Shown here one piece after another: positions 38,150 through 49,460 of a stretch of DNA of 64,000 nt; positions within the stretch are counted from its first letter, which is position 1, and each line of letters begins with the position of its first letter. This DNA comes from Piedraia hortae CBS 480.64 (lineage: Eukaryota). A program made the position numbers and the translations under genes. Below the pieces are notes generated by a model. It searched no databases. It was given only the letters and a program-made list of their open reading frames with translations, and was not told the DNA's origin. The stretch spans positions 62,001 to 126,000 of the forward strand of contig MU005960.1 of assembly GCA_010093745.1 (NCBI GenBank), given 5' to 3'.

Positions 38150-39859
38150 ATGCGGCTGAATGTAGCCGCGCGACGCAGTCCTTGGCCATGGCCGTACCAC
38201 CATTGTCCTCGGCTGTGCCAGCAATTCCGCCCTCTTACCACTGTGCCGAAGCAGAAGCCCTATTATCTCACTACGCCAATGTTCTATGTCAACGCCTCAC
38301 CGCACCTCGGACACATGTACACGTTGATTCTATCTGATGTTCTGACACGCTGGAAAAGATTATGTGGGCGCCGGAGTGTGCTGGTGACAGGGACAGATGA
38401 ACATGGCTTAAAGGTGCAGCAGGCGGCGGCAGCATCAGGCATGGCACCGCAGGAGTTTTGTGACTCGGGCGCTGCGCTGTTCAAGGAGCTCGGTGAAAAA
38501 TGCGGTGCTAATATGACTCTTTTTGTACGGACAACGGCCGACAGCCACAAGCGCGGTGTTGAACAGGCATGGAAGACGCTGCGGAACAAGGGCTATGTCT
38601 ATCAAGCCAAACACGAGGGCTGGTATTGTGTTGCCGATGAATGTTTCTATCCTTCTGGCGCGGTTGAAGTGCGCGTAGATCCGCGTACGGGCAGGAAGAT
38701 GATGTGCAGCACCGAGACTGGCCGCGAGGTGGAATGGTCAAGCGAAGTGAACTGGCATTTCAACTTATCTCATTTTCAGGAAGATTTGTTGAGGTTTTAT
38801 GAGAATAATGATGGATTCATTGTGCCCAAGCAAAGGTTTGACGATGTCAAGCGGGAGGTTGCGGCGGGTCTCAAGAACCTGTCCATCTCGCGCCCAGTTG
38901 AGAGGCTTTCCTGGGGTGTGCGGGTGCCGGACGATGCGTCTCAAACAGTTTATGTCTGGCTGGATGCTCTACTGGCTTATGCTACAGCGGCGGGCTACCC
39001 TGATGTCGCTCGCTTGGGCTGCTGGCCGGCAGATGTTCATGTTATTGGCAAGGATATCGTCCGTTTCCACGCCATCTACTGGCCCGCTTTCTGTCTTGCA
39101 CTTGGCCTCCCGCCTCCCCGTCAACTTCTCACCCATTCTCATTGGACGCTGGGGAAGATGAAGATGTCTAAATCCGTTGGAAATGTAGTCAATCCTTTTT
39201 TCGCTCTAGAAAGGTTTGGAACCGACACTTTACGCTGGTTTCTGATCCATGAGGGTGCCATTGTTGATGATGCAGACTATGACAATGCCCTCGTTGCGAG
39301 CAAGTATATGAAGTTCTTGCAGGGTGGACTGGGTAATCTGGAATCAAGGGTGACAAGGGGAAAGTCCTGGTCGATTCCTCGCGCCGTAAAGCGGTGTAGT
39401 GCCCGGTTGAGCCCAGAGTCTGCTTCTGCGGAGTTGCTCACCAGCCTGCAAACCCTCCCTTCACGAACAGCAAGCCACATGGAGGCTTTGCGTCCCGAAC
39501 GGGCTTTGAGGACGATCATGTCCCTTGTCGTAAAAGCGAATTCTTACCTTCAGATTGCCCAGCCTTGGGCTGTTATCAAACGAATTCAGGAGAATTCAGG
39601 GGACGAGGAAGAGCTGACCAGCAAGCTTGATGAAAGCATCTACCTCGCCGCAGAGTCGCTTCGTCTCGTGGGCATTTTACTTCAGCCGTTCATTCCTCAA
39701 AAGGCCGAAATGCTGCTGGACAGGCTCGGCGTGGACAAAACAAGGAGAAGCTGGGACTGGTGCGCTGTTGGAGCAGACAGTACGTACGGCGTGCCGATGA
39801 TGGACCTCGGAAAAGGAAAAAAAGGCGTCTTATTCCAGGACCTGGACTGCATAAATTAA
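38150..39859 (+). CDS. MSM1: Mitochondrial methionyl-tRNA synthetase
   Basis: YLTTPMFYVNASPHLGH (HIGH motif), TGTDEHG, YVWLDALL, GKDIVRFHAIYWPA, KMSKS; R-rich presequence. Confidence 0.95.
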   Translation: MRLNVAARRSPWPWPYHHCPRLCQQFRPLTTVPKQKPYYLTTPMFYVNASPHLGHMYTLILSDVLTRWKRLCGRRSVLVTGTDEHGLKVQQAAAASGMAPQEFCDSGAALFKELGEKCGANMTLFVRTTADSHKRGVEQAWKTLRNKGYVYQAKHEGWYCVADECFYPSGAVEVRVDPRTGRKMMCSTETGREVEWSSEVNWHFNLSHFQEDLLRFYENNDGFIVPKQRFDDVKREVAAGLKNLSISRPVERLSWGVRVPDDASQTVYVWLDALLAYATAAGYPDVARLGCWPADVHVIGKDIVRFHAIYWPAFCLALGLPPPRQLLTHSHWTLGKMKMSKSVGNVVNPFFALERFGTDTLRWFLIHEGAIVDDADYDNALVASKYMKFLQGGLGNLESRVTRGKSWSIPRAVKRCSARLSPESASAELLTSLQTLPSRTASHMEALRPERALRTIMSLVVKANSYLQIAQPWAVIKRIQENSGDEEELTSKLDESIYLAAESLRLVGILLQPFIPQKAEMLLDRLGVDKTRRSWDWCAVGADSTYGVPMMDLGKGKKGVLFQDLDCIN

Positions 39860-40354
39860 TGTAATCAACTAATCTGCATATATGATGAAGCTGTATCATA
39901 TCCGTCGTGGCATGATTTCATTCCTGAAAACCTTACTGTACTGGAGCTATCAGCAGAGCTCGGCTCGTGAGCAGCGTTTTGGTGGCCTTATAAGGAGCAG
40001 AAAAATTCTGCCGAGCTCTGTGTAAAGTGGGGCCATTGTTTTTGGAGCTCTGTGTACCGTTCATGAATGCGGCACAGGTTTACAGGGGGTGTAGGGGGTG
40101 TCCCGTGTGGGAAAAAAAAAATAGACGAAGGCACGTTTTCCGCGGTTCGCAAAAATTTGGGTGCATCTTTTGAACCGCGTATAGGCCGGAGCCAATCCAC
40201 ATCAGACTTTCCTAACTTAGCGACGCACTGGTTTTGAGAGTTTGCCCTCCCAGAGGAAAAATACACACTGACATCAATTACACCCACCCACCGAGCCTTC
40301 TGCCAAAACACAAACGCTCGTTACTCTAGCCCTATCTGGGCTGTCAATTTAATT

Positions 40355-43150
40355 ATGGCTACTGCCAATGGCGAACGACTCCGAAAAAATCCGATCCTGC
40401 TACGAAAGCTCGAAGAGCTAGGCATCCACGAGTTGACTGATGAGTGCCTGCGGGACAAGGCGAAAAGCTATAAGAAAAGACTTCAACGAACGGAACGCGA
40501 GAAAGGCCCAAGCCATACGCGGACACTTTCAATTATCAGGAGTTTGAAATACGTTAACATGTTTCTGGGCAAGTTCGATCAAGCAGTGAGCCAGTTTGAG
40601 CGACTAGAGGCGTCTAAGGAGCAAAGTCCCAAAAGCTATGACCGGTCTGATCTGGAGCAGAATTTACACACTGGACTGCTGTTCCTCGCGTTCGGTCAAT
40701 CACTGCGAGCGAGGCGATATCTTGAAATAGCGTGGGAACAACACGAGAAAATCTTGTCACCGACAGACACGCTCGTTTCGGAGTTGGCTTTGTTACAAGG
40801 GGTGATGTATCATCGCCTTGGAATTCTAGATGCTGCAGACATCATGTTTGCAAGGGCACTCGACTTGTTCTCCAAGGGAGAAAAGCATGGTGCCCATGAG
40901 CAAGCGCTGCACGCCTTTACAGAGCGCGGCGTTATCTGTTACAGGAGGCAGTGCTATGAAGACGCACGTGCTATTCTTACCCAGGCGGTCATAACGGCAG
41001 AGAAAGAGTTGGGCACGTCCCATTGGATCACAATGTACGCAGCAGAAAGCCTGGCTACATGCTACGGTTTCATGGGTAACCTCTCCGAAACGGAGGCGTG
41101 GCACCGCAGGGCTATTGCCTGGATGGAACAAGCGTATGGCATAACCCATCCGATCCTCGCCAACTCGCTCATGCTCCTTCGTACCCTCATGTACGAAGAA
41201 GGCCACCTCCTAGAAAGCGCTCGTCTCGATGCCCAGCTCGCCGGCATCCAGCGTGAGCCTCAGAACATCAACCCCGGAGAATTCGTCACACGGGGCCAAA
41301 TCTACAGAGACATGCGCCGGTTTCCCGAAGCAGCTGCTGTCCTAGAACATGTGTATCCGGTCGTGCAAGCCAAGAACGTTCTGGCGTCAGTGAAAGTTGG
41401 GAGCGTGCTCGCTTCCGTCTATCTCGGCCAAGGCCAAATTTCCAAAGCACAGGACCTTGTGGTTCATTTAATCAATGTCCAAACAAGTCTGCGAGCACCG
41501 CAAGCAGGCGCGATGATGAACAAAATCGCGCTGCACAAAGTACTGGTGCAAATTCTTCTCGTTAAACAAATGTTTGGAAAGGCAAAGGAGGAGCTGGAGC
41601 TCGTTTTGGCCTATCAGAAAGAAAGCCTCCTACCTGGTCATAGGACGATCAAAGAGACGGAGATACTTCTGGATGCCATTGAGGGTAGGCGCGCGAGAAT
41701 GAGGATTGAGGTTCTTAGTGATCATGGTGAGCGCTCGGAGTCGTTGCAGGAGCAGAGGACGTTGAATTTGGATGAGTCGATTGCAAAGCGGGCTGGTCAA
41801 GCCTCTGGAAGGGGTGCAAGAAATGGTCTTAAGGGCGTCGATGTGGCTGACCAGCCGTCAGGACGGGCGGGCTTACTGCCGCATGAAACCGTCTCTCGTG
41901 TATCGATTACCCCCTGGGACTTCCGGTCTGAAAACCCGCTAACGAGCCCAGCCCGCGGCCCTGCGTCCGGAAACGCAAACTCCAAGTCTGAAGACAGTCC
42001 GTGTGTAACCGATAACAAGGCCACACCAACGTCTCTTCCGGTGGTAGGCGACCCAGAGCCAGCTTATTCCCCAGGAGAGTCTACCAAATCCCAGTCAAAG
42101 GAGAGCTCGCTCGCAACCGACAACAAGCCCACATCTTCAACAACGCCTCTAGCAAACGACCCACAGCCAGCCAACCCTCCAACAGAGCCCATCAAACCCG
42201 CCAAAGGCAAATCCAGAAAAGTTTCCTTCCAGCTCCCTAATCCCGAAACCGATGAGCCGTCACAGGCAGGTCCGCCTACAAGCAAAGCAGTCCTTCCCAC
42301 CAATCAACCAGATCCTTCCAGCAAACCACCCACTCCCCAAAACCAACCATCCGCTCGCAACCTCCCCCCACATTCTGAAACCACCATCCGCATCCCCGAT
42401 CCCATCGGTAAAACTAGACCGGGGAAAAGGCAAACACGATTATTGTCCAATTTCGAAGAGATTGGCACGTCCTCGATGGAGGCTACCATACCGAAAGAGC
42501 ATGAATCCCCGTCAGAGGCTACTGTACCGACAGAGGGGGCGAAGGGGAAGGAAGTCTCATCTCAACTTGACGCCGCTCTGGGTAAGGAGGCTGACCCTTC
42601 TTCCAAAGAGTCTGAGACGATCTCAGGGGAAAGCGTTACTCGAGAAGAAGAGGTCGCGCTTGGCTTGCCAGGCCCATCTAGATCAGAAAATAGAAAAGCG
42701 GCTGTGGCAGCGGACTCCCCTAGCCCGTCAGAACCAACCCACTCGATAGGCTCAGCCAAAGCGATAAATCAATCGACATCAGAGACTCCTCAGCCCGGGG
42801 CAGCGGAGTCGCTAGCTTCAGCTGAAGCAGTACCACCCCCACAAGCTGTGCTAGCCGACTCGCTACCAGTCAAACATTCAGCTGAAGCCGTTCCCCATTT
42901 GAGCGGACGCCCCTCCACACCAGATACACTCTGCCCTATCTGCTCCCAACCCACCCGCACTACAACCCAACAAGATTACGTGAGGCTTGATATCCTCCGC
43001 TACATGTACAACCAATGCTCCTCCAACATTGAGCTGAAAATTATTCTAGATGCGTACCTCAGTGGTGAGGCGACCCCTGCGCAGGTTGTGAGGCTTTGGG
43101 AGTTTGGAAGGGAGGCGAGGAGGGGGCTGGATGGGGATAGAGGGGGGTGA
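40355..43150 (+). CDS. TPR-repeat protein (kinesin-light-chain-like repeats) with a long disordered tail
   Basis: Repeats such as EKELGTSHWITMYAAESLA, AYGITHPILANSL and LLPGHRTI. S/P/T/E-rich C-terminal half. Confidence 0.8.
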   Translation: MATANGERLRKNPILLRKLEELGIHELTDECLRDKAKSYKKRLQRTEREKGPSHTRTLSIIRSLKYVNMFLGKFDQAVSQFERLEASKEQSPKSYDRSDLEQNLHTGLLFLAFGQSLRARRYLEIAWEQHEKILSPTDTLVSELALLQGVMYHRLGILDAADIMFARALDLFSKGEKHGAHEQALHAFTERGVICYRRQCYEDARAILTQAVITAEKELGTSHWITMYAAESLATCYGFMGNLSETEAWHRRAIAWMEQAYGITHPILANSLMLLRTLMYEEGHLLESARLDAQLAGIQREPQNINPGEFVTRGQIYRDMRRFPEAAAVLEHVYPVVQAKNVLASVKVGSVLASVYLGQGQISKAQDLVVHLINVQTSLRAPQAGAMMNKIALHKVLVQILLVKQMFGKAKEELELVLAYQKESLLPGHRTIKETEILLDAIEGRRARMRIEVLSDHGERSESLQEQRTLNLDESIAKRAGQASGRGARNGLKGVDVADQPSGRAGLLPHETVSRVSITPWDFRSENPLTSPARGPASGNANSKSEDSPCVTDNKATPTSLPVVGDPEPAYSPGESTKSQSKESSLATDNKPTSSTTPLANDPQPANPPTEPIKPAKGKSRKVSFQLPNPETDEPSQAGPPTSKAVLPTNQPDPSSKPPTPQNQPSARNLPPHSETTIRIPDPIGKTRPGKRQTRLLSNFEEIGTSSMEATIPKEHESPSEATVPTEGAKGKEVSSQLDAALGKEADPSSKESETISGESVTREEEVALGLPGPSRSENRKAAVAADSPSPSEPTHSIGSAKAINQSTSETPQPGAAESLASAEAVPPPQAVLADSLPVKHSAEAVPHLSGRPSTPDTLCPICSQPTRTTTQQDYVRLDILRYMYNQCSSNIELKIILDAYLSGEATPAQVVRLWEFGREARRGLDGDRGG

Positions 43151-44287
43151 GACGTGGATTGATGGAGATCTGGGGAATGGCTCGACGTGGAAGTGCTAAG
43201 AGAGCATGGCTGCAGACTATACACACGCCGTATGGATTTTCAAATCGTACATTTTTGTCTTTTTGACTGCTCCCTTGTGAAATGTGCATCCATTTCCGGG
43301 CATCGTACGTAGCAGCAGATGTGCCACTGTCTCTTGTTATTTCAGGGGCAGAAAGGTGAGTTAAAGTTCAGGACTCGTCGTTGACCAGAAATCGGCACAT
43401 TTTAAACGGTTCCGGAGCCATCCTGGGCTAGCAGGGAGCAAGTTAGGTGGGTAGTAATTTGTGCACGTTAATGGCGCTCCAGCCGAAGTGGCATTTTAAG
43501 CGAGGCAGATTAGTATTTCACTGAGGCGCTGATCTATCAGTTCAGGCATGCCCCAGTTGCCTAGCCCTGTCACTGGCCAGGGCCTTTCACCTGGTAGCAT
43601 CCCTCGACAGCAGGCTTCACCGACGTCTCCACCGTTGAATTCAAGTGCGTTGTCAGCTCACAGTGAAATACGCTAGCCATATACAATTCCCCACATTCGT
43701 CGCTCCTGCGCTCTGTCACACACTGTTACATTTCTTGAATCAGGTCAGCAACTCCCGTTGAAGGTGTCCTAATCACCTCTCTCATTAACGATTGACGAGC
43801 GTTCCTAAGCGCATCGCGTCTGTGTGGATGCGGTGGAAGACCTGATGGCCGCCACTGTACCTCGATGCACCCCATGCGATATGACACTCTGCTTTAAGTT
43901 TATTCCCATATTATTGAGGATACTGGATGGGATTGTGAGCCTTTTAAAAGCTCGACGCCACTTTGACGGTGCTTATAGACTACACGCACGATGGTCCACC
44001 TCGTTGTTGGGACCTATTAAACTTTTTTCCTTGCCCAACATGAGTTGTCGGCCTGCTGATGAGTGACATGCCAGCTTCCGTGACGACTTTCAAGCCGGAG
44101 AATGGGGTACAAAGATCCCAGCCGTCCTTTACATGGCTCTTTAACGCCCCAGGGGTCTGGATCAACGACTTAACCTAGCTCCAAGCTTTCGCAGAAGTTC
44201 CGATAAACTTTTACTTTTTTCCTCTCACACACTTTCAAAACACGTGAACACGGCACACGTTACCCACTTCAACTAGAAATTGCAGCA

Positions 44288-45230
44288 ATGGAACTATACA
44301 GCGAGCGATTGAATGCCTCTGATCAAGGAGACCCATCTGCAGGGCAGAAGAAAATCCATGTGCCGGACGAAATCTTGCTCGAAATTGCACAATGCTTGCT
44401 AGGCGACCGAGCATCGCTTAGTAGTTATTGCCCAATCTGCCGTGATTGGCTCAGACCGGGGAGGGAGGTCCTCTGGGGTGTTGTAGACGGTCTGACGCTG
44501 GGGGGGAGTACCCGCGACATTCCGCCAGTGCTATGCAAACTTTGTCCAAATCCTGCGTCTTAACCTTGGTCCTCTGTGGGCAAGTCGGATGAGGGATCAT
44601 TCACTGCCACGTCTAAGGACGCTGGAAGTAGAACAATCCATGGATTTTATCGATAGCTGCATCTATCACGCCATACCCAAAAGCCTGATCGAACTCAAGG
44701 TCAACAACCATCCCTTGAGTTGCATGCAGGAGTTGTACGACCTCCTCGAAAATTGCACCAACCTTGAGCAAGTTTCACTGCTGTTTGACATGGAGAAGTC
44801 GCACATCAAAGAAATGGCCATAACACTCATTCGGCGCAGCAAGTTGCGAAGCCTAACGATTTCCCCAAACACGTGCCAGTATCTCCTTCGGTATATCGCC
44901 GACATTGGCCAAGGCTACCTAAGTACAAAGCAAAATGCAGTTTATACGGGCGTCGATTAGAAAGCCATCGCCCGTCTTTTTTCGAAGCCTTGGCAACGCT
45001 ACAAACCTTGGATGCCCTAACCGTGGTGGTTCCCAATGACTCAGGTTTTACAGTCCCATTGATCAGTAGCCACACGTTTTTTTGCATTGCGAAGCTTAGT
45101 AATATAACGGATCTGTTCTTTCGTGCCAGCACAGATTCGCCTAACGCCCAATTTTCAATTTCCGCGGGAGACTGGCTGAATCTTTTTCAAGGACTTCCGA
45201 AACTTGTCTCTTTCAGCGTGGAATCTTCTT
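44288..45230 (+). pseudogene. F-box/LRR family pseudogene, copy E
   Basis: MELYSERLN...VPDEILLEIAQCLLGDRASL...CRDWLRPGREVLWGVVDG, frameshifts near 44505 and 44915, then DWLNLFQGLPKL, truncated. Confidence 0.85.
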
Positions 45231-45509
45231 ATCTTTTTCTGGTCGTTTCTGTTGGAAGATAGTTGTTGCGTAGCGTAATCGTTCTGAAGACTGAGTTTTA
45301 ACAAAGTTATCTTTTCTGCTGTTTAGAAGCGAGCTTGTATACAAGTAGCTTCTTTGTTCAGACAGTTTCAAATACTACTCCATTGCCCCACTGTCCTCTT
45401 TATCGTGCTCTTTGAACATTTTGCTGTACAGAACTTTTCTTTGTATGGTCTTTGTTATCAGGCCGAGGTATGGCACTGATACTTCTCAACAACGTTAAGC
45501 ACCTTTCAA

Positions 45510-45640
45510 ACCCTATTGGAGGTGAATTTGAAGGTCCCAGGTCATTCGGGTTACAGTCTCCCCCTAATCGACAGTCATGCATGTGCTTCCATCACAAAGC
45601 TTGGCAATCTAAAGAATCTAACTTTTCATACCACCGACGA
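45510..45640 (+). pseudogene. F-box/LRR family fragment F
   Basis: VPGHSGYSLPLIDSHACASITKLGNLKNLTF matches the PLIDxH...SIAKLSNL block of the other copies. Confidence 0.65.
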
Positions 45641-45874
45641 TCTGCCGGCAGTTTACACGACACGAGGGTGTCAGAAACGCTCAACACGCAGTGGGACAAC
45701 GTCATGATATTCTGTTTTTGGCGCTTATGATCGATTTAAGACCTTGCATGAGGCAAGCATCACAAAGTCGGAACCCTTAACTTGGTAGACTAGGATTGAA
45801 CTCTTATCACTGGCTGATCCGGATGAAGATGCTGTCGACGTCGTCACTGAAGGTGCAGGCTTGAAAAAAAAACC

Positions 45875-46930
45875 TCTTCGATCTTTCGTCGCGTACGGGG
45901 CCTCTTCGAAGGCTCAAGCAACTGGGCTGAAGCCTTCATGCGAGTGAGTGGGGATACTTTTCGTGTCATTTATCGAGAGAAGTACTGCCTGCTTTGATCA
46001 AACTCGCAAGAATTGTGGGTTCAAGATCGCCTCTCGTACAAATTTCTCGATCCCAACGAAGGCCATCGCATCATTCGGATAGTAGTGCAGTTGATGCCGA
46101 GTCTGAAGAGGGATTTCCCTCGCAGTTTGGGTTTAAAAGAGCTCGAGACAGAATTCCATGGTGACTCTGAAGATAAGCAGGAAGCAGATATTAGGCGCAT
46201 GCGGGCTTGGTTGTCGTGGCGAGCGTTTATCCGGAAGAAGCACTTTTTCTTCTTCATCGAGAGTTGCGCAAAATGCGTTGAAGATGTTTCTTTGGGCGCT
46301 GATGATATCCTTGCTACGGTAGCTCTGCTTGGCATGAATGCTCTAGATTAAACTGGGGCTGGTCTCATGTCATCTTCATCTACCGTGAGACATCAAGGTG
46401 GATGGGAGTGCCGACACTAGATCTAATGCTGATGCAGCATGGTCCTGGGCCGCTCACTTTGCTCGTGCAGGATCTCGATATCCTAGCCCCAGGAAGCTTG
46501 TCTGGGCTTTTCTCCGCTTTGAGGATCAGTGATGTGCCATTCCAGAGCACCGAATTTGTTACTATTGTGTTGGGCGAAGGGTGCAGCCCTCCCCGTGATG
46601 ATTGTGCTTGCGTCAGTCAACAAGATTCTCATTCTCTTTGTTGAAAGCTTATGTTACTGCCTCTGTATCTTCATTATGACGACGTTCTCTTCGAAGGCGG
46701 CGTTATTCATGCCTTTGGGATGTGCTATCAAGCGCTTGAGCGTATACCGGCTTCAGGACATTATAAACGCTCTCATGCCGTGAGAAGCTTACCGACATTG
46801 GGAGCGTTGTGCATGACTGCCGTGTTCAATATGGCGGAGTCAACATCTCCTGAACATTATAGCTATTTCCGTGCTAGAAGCGCCCAAATGCAATTTATGG
46901 AGCTTCTCGCCGCCGAACAGCGAACTAGAT
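45875..46930 (+). pseudogene. Decayed NB-ARC/TPR (NLR-like) gene
   Basis: LRSFVAYGASSKAQ then, after a frameshift, WAEAFMRVSGDTFRVIY resembles an eroded fungal NB-ARC Walker A region. MRAWLS...FFFIE resembles the Walker B region. TPR-like SLGADDILAT and LGALCMTAVFNMA follow. Confidence 0.4.
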
Positions 46931-47406
46931 GATATGGATGAAAGGGAGATCACTCTTTGTCGAGCTTGATTTTCACTACTTCCATTCAACGGTCAAGGAT
47001 CTTATCGACCATAAGTGTAACTACAAAGTTGAACATCCGTAACAAAGAGGAACCCAATTTTGAACCTAGCGAGTGTAAAAATCGGGCCCACTTTAATGCA
47101 GCCTTGCCGATCTTTACCGCTTGCAGGGTGATATCCATTGTTAGCAAAAAGTTGGACATTTTTCGAAGGCTCACTCTCAAGGCTGCCATACAGATCATAG
47201 TTCATGTCTCCCCCCCTCCCCCAAAGCCGCAGCGCAGAGGACAACGCACCTCAGTTATCCAGTCAAAGCAGTGGCGATGCGCCCACACATGACTTGCTTG
47301 ACAGAAATTAGTAACGGAAGGAAACTTACATTACTTTCCCATCGTTCTACCTTCAACCGGTACCAACGAAACGCATACAGCAAAAAGAAAGACATCGCTC
47401 ACCAGC

Positions 47407-48423
47407 ATGGCAGGCAGACATATCGACCACCCCCACCCGCACAGGATTGACCATGGCCCAACCCTTCGAAAGCTGACAGAGCTAACCATCCCAATTCCAA
47501 CAACATCCTGGAAGTGCATTGAGCCGCATATCAAAGCCTACGAGAAGGCTCTCGAATCCATAGAAACAACTCTCGGTCGAACAAGCGGCCTGTGCCTACC
47601 CGTCATCCACGCACTAGGGTACATGTACATCTACGCCGGCCGCTCTAGCGACGGTCTCGCCCGTCTCGCGCGAGCATTGCAAATGCAGACCAAACAACTG
47701 GGAGCATTGCACCACAACACCCTCGAAACAAAAGCCTACATTGGCATGCAATACTGCTTACAAAACAAGCCCGAAAAAGCCTTGCAGTTTCTCGAATCCA
47801 CCGCAGAACAAGTGCAAAAAGTCCTAATCCCATCGCACGTGCAAGTCCTGGAAACGAACCACGCCTTGGGCATGACCTATATTCTTCTGGGGCGATACTC
47901 CGAAGCGAAGAAGCTATTAAGCAAAGCACTGACCGGGTTTATCTCCACCCTAGGCTACGAAGACCGAAGCACCCTTGCCGCAGCGCGCGATTACGTCGAA
48001 CTATGCATCAGTCAACATGACTTTGACCAAGCAGAGCTGATTCTCCTGCAGTGCTTTGATATCGCGCAAGAATCTCTGGGTCAGAATGACACCATTACAA
48101 TTGAGCTAGCGTATCTGAACGGGTGGTTTTGGTTCTGTAAGCGTGTTTTTAAACCAGCGAACAACTATTTGAGCACGGCGTTGGCGTGGGGCAATAAGTA
48201 TTTGGGTGCGTATCACCCCGTCTTGCAGCCTGTGTGGAGTCTGTTGCAGATGGTGTATCGTCAGCTGGGGATGTATGAAGCTGAGGCTGAGCTTGGTAGG
48301 AGGCTAGAGGAGGTTAGGAAGTCACGTGAAGATGAAGATGGTGATAATGGGGAGAAGAGTGATGCGGCTGCTGCAAAAGGTCATGATGCGGGTAATGGGA
48401 GCAGAGTCGAGGGATCATCTTAG
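47407..48423 (+). CDS. TPR-repeat protein, 338 aa (NLR C-terminus-like, no NTPase domain)
   Basis: About 42-aa repeats: LGALHHNTLETK, LIPSHVQVLETN, LGYEDRSTL, LGQNDTITI, LGAYHPVL. Confidence 0.85.
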   Translation: MAGRHIDHPHPHRIDHGPTLRKLTELTIPIPTTSWKCIEPHIKAYEKALESIETTLGRTSGLCLPVIHALGYMYIYAGRSSDGLARLARALQMQTKQLGALHHNTLETKAYIGMQYCLQNKPEKALQFLESTAEQVQKVLIPSHVQVLETNHALGMTYILLGRYSEAKKLLSKALTGFISTLGYEDRSTLAAARDYVELCISQHDFDQAELILLQCFDIAQESLGQNDTITIELAYLNGWFWFCKRVFKPANNYLSTALAWGNKYLGAYHPVLQPVWSLLQMVYRQLGMYEAEAELGRRLEEVRKSREDEDGDNGEKSDAAAAKGHDAGNGSRVEGSS

Positions 48424-49460
48424 ATGCAAGGGAGGGAGAATGTGACAAACATCCATGTGTTGGGAAAGGTGATAGGATGGGATGACCTGTAGGCTGATGT
48501 ATGAGACCGTGTTGTCCGCAAGAAAGCGCCACCTATACTCCGTGTTGTGGAATTCAATCTAGGGGAAACAGAAGGTGCGGTAGGGACGACCATTCGGTAC
48601 TTTTGGTCAGATGGATTTAACACGAGTTGGAAGTTTATAATAACAGCTCCTACGACAATACCGACGGATCTGGACGGCCCGAGATGAAGCCCTCCTCCTA
48701 CACTGGCAAATGCTGTCACGCACACCACTTTACTAGAACTCCATAGCCGGAAGACCATCCCAAAATCCTCTACTGCACTGCGTCCGATCCGCCAGGCTCT
48801 TTACCCCGACATTTCTGGGCTAGACTCGACGGCCGTGCTCCTTTACAGCCAGCTTCATAGGCAGCTTCACGTAACTGACGTGTCGAACTTGCCCGTCCTG
48901 CGGCAACCAAGAAGTTGCTTGCGATGATGTTCGCACTGTGTGCTTTAGTTTCGATTTCAGTCTTCCCAGCATGAAAGGAGCGCCCCAACGTGATTTATTC
49001 CAGTGCCCGAAATAGCTTTGTATCCATGTTCACATTGCTTTGTTTACCATAAAAAGTCAATACTTTAAGCAAAATCTCCTGGGTAGAAACTCCATTCACG
49101 ATAGAATCAGTGTTCTTTCCCACCACCATATTCACAACCGTGACTCCACGTCAGTTGCTTCTCCCGCCTTTTGTCCTCTAGCAACAATTCCAAATGGTTC
49201 ATATGCCGTTGTTACATCTTTCGTTCATGGCTGACCTTTATCTGATCTCTCACAAACAGACTTCCAAAGATCTTAATATCCAGGTCCAACTCGCGCACCA
49301 GTCTCCCTTCATAAAACCACCTCTCATCAGTAAATCAAAATCAAACCCATCTTGTATTCTGGATAATACCTCCCGATCATAACCCATACCTCCCAATCCC
49401 TGTTCAAGATCCCCAACTCCCTCAAAGAAAAAAGAAAAAGAAAAAGATAAAAAAAGAACC

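Noticed and set aside
39954..40020. 11-bp inverted repeat CAGAGCTCGGC...GCCGAGCTCTG as a mini hAT element
   Set aside because: No 8-bp TSD, single copy, very short.
49359..49370. CTGGATAATACC resembling a TPP riboswitch core
   Set aside because: The flanking CTGAGA and AGCG elements are absent, and there is no thiamine gene or intron context.
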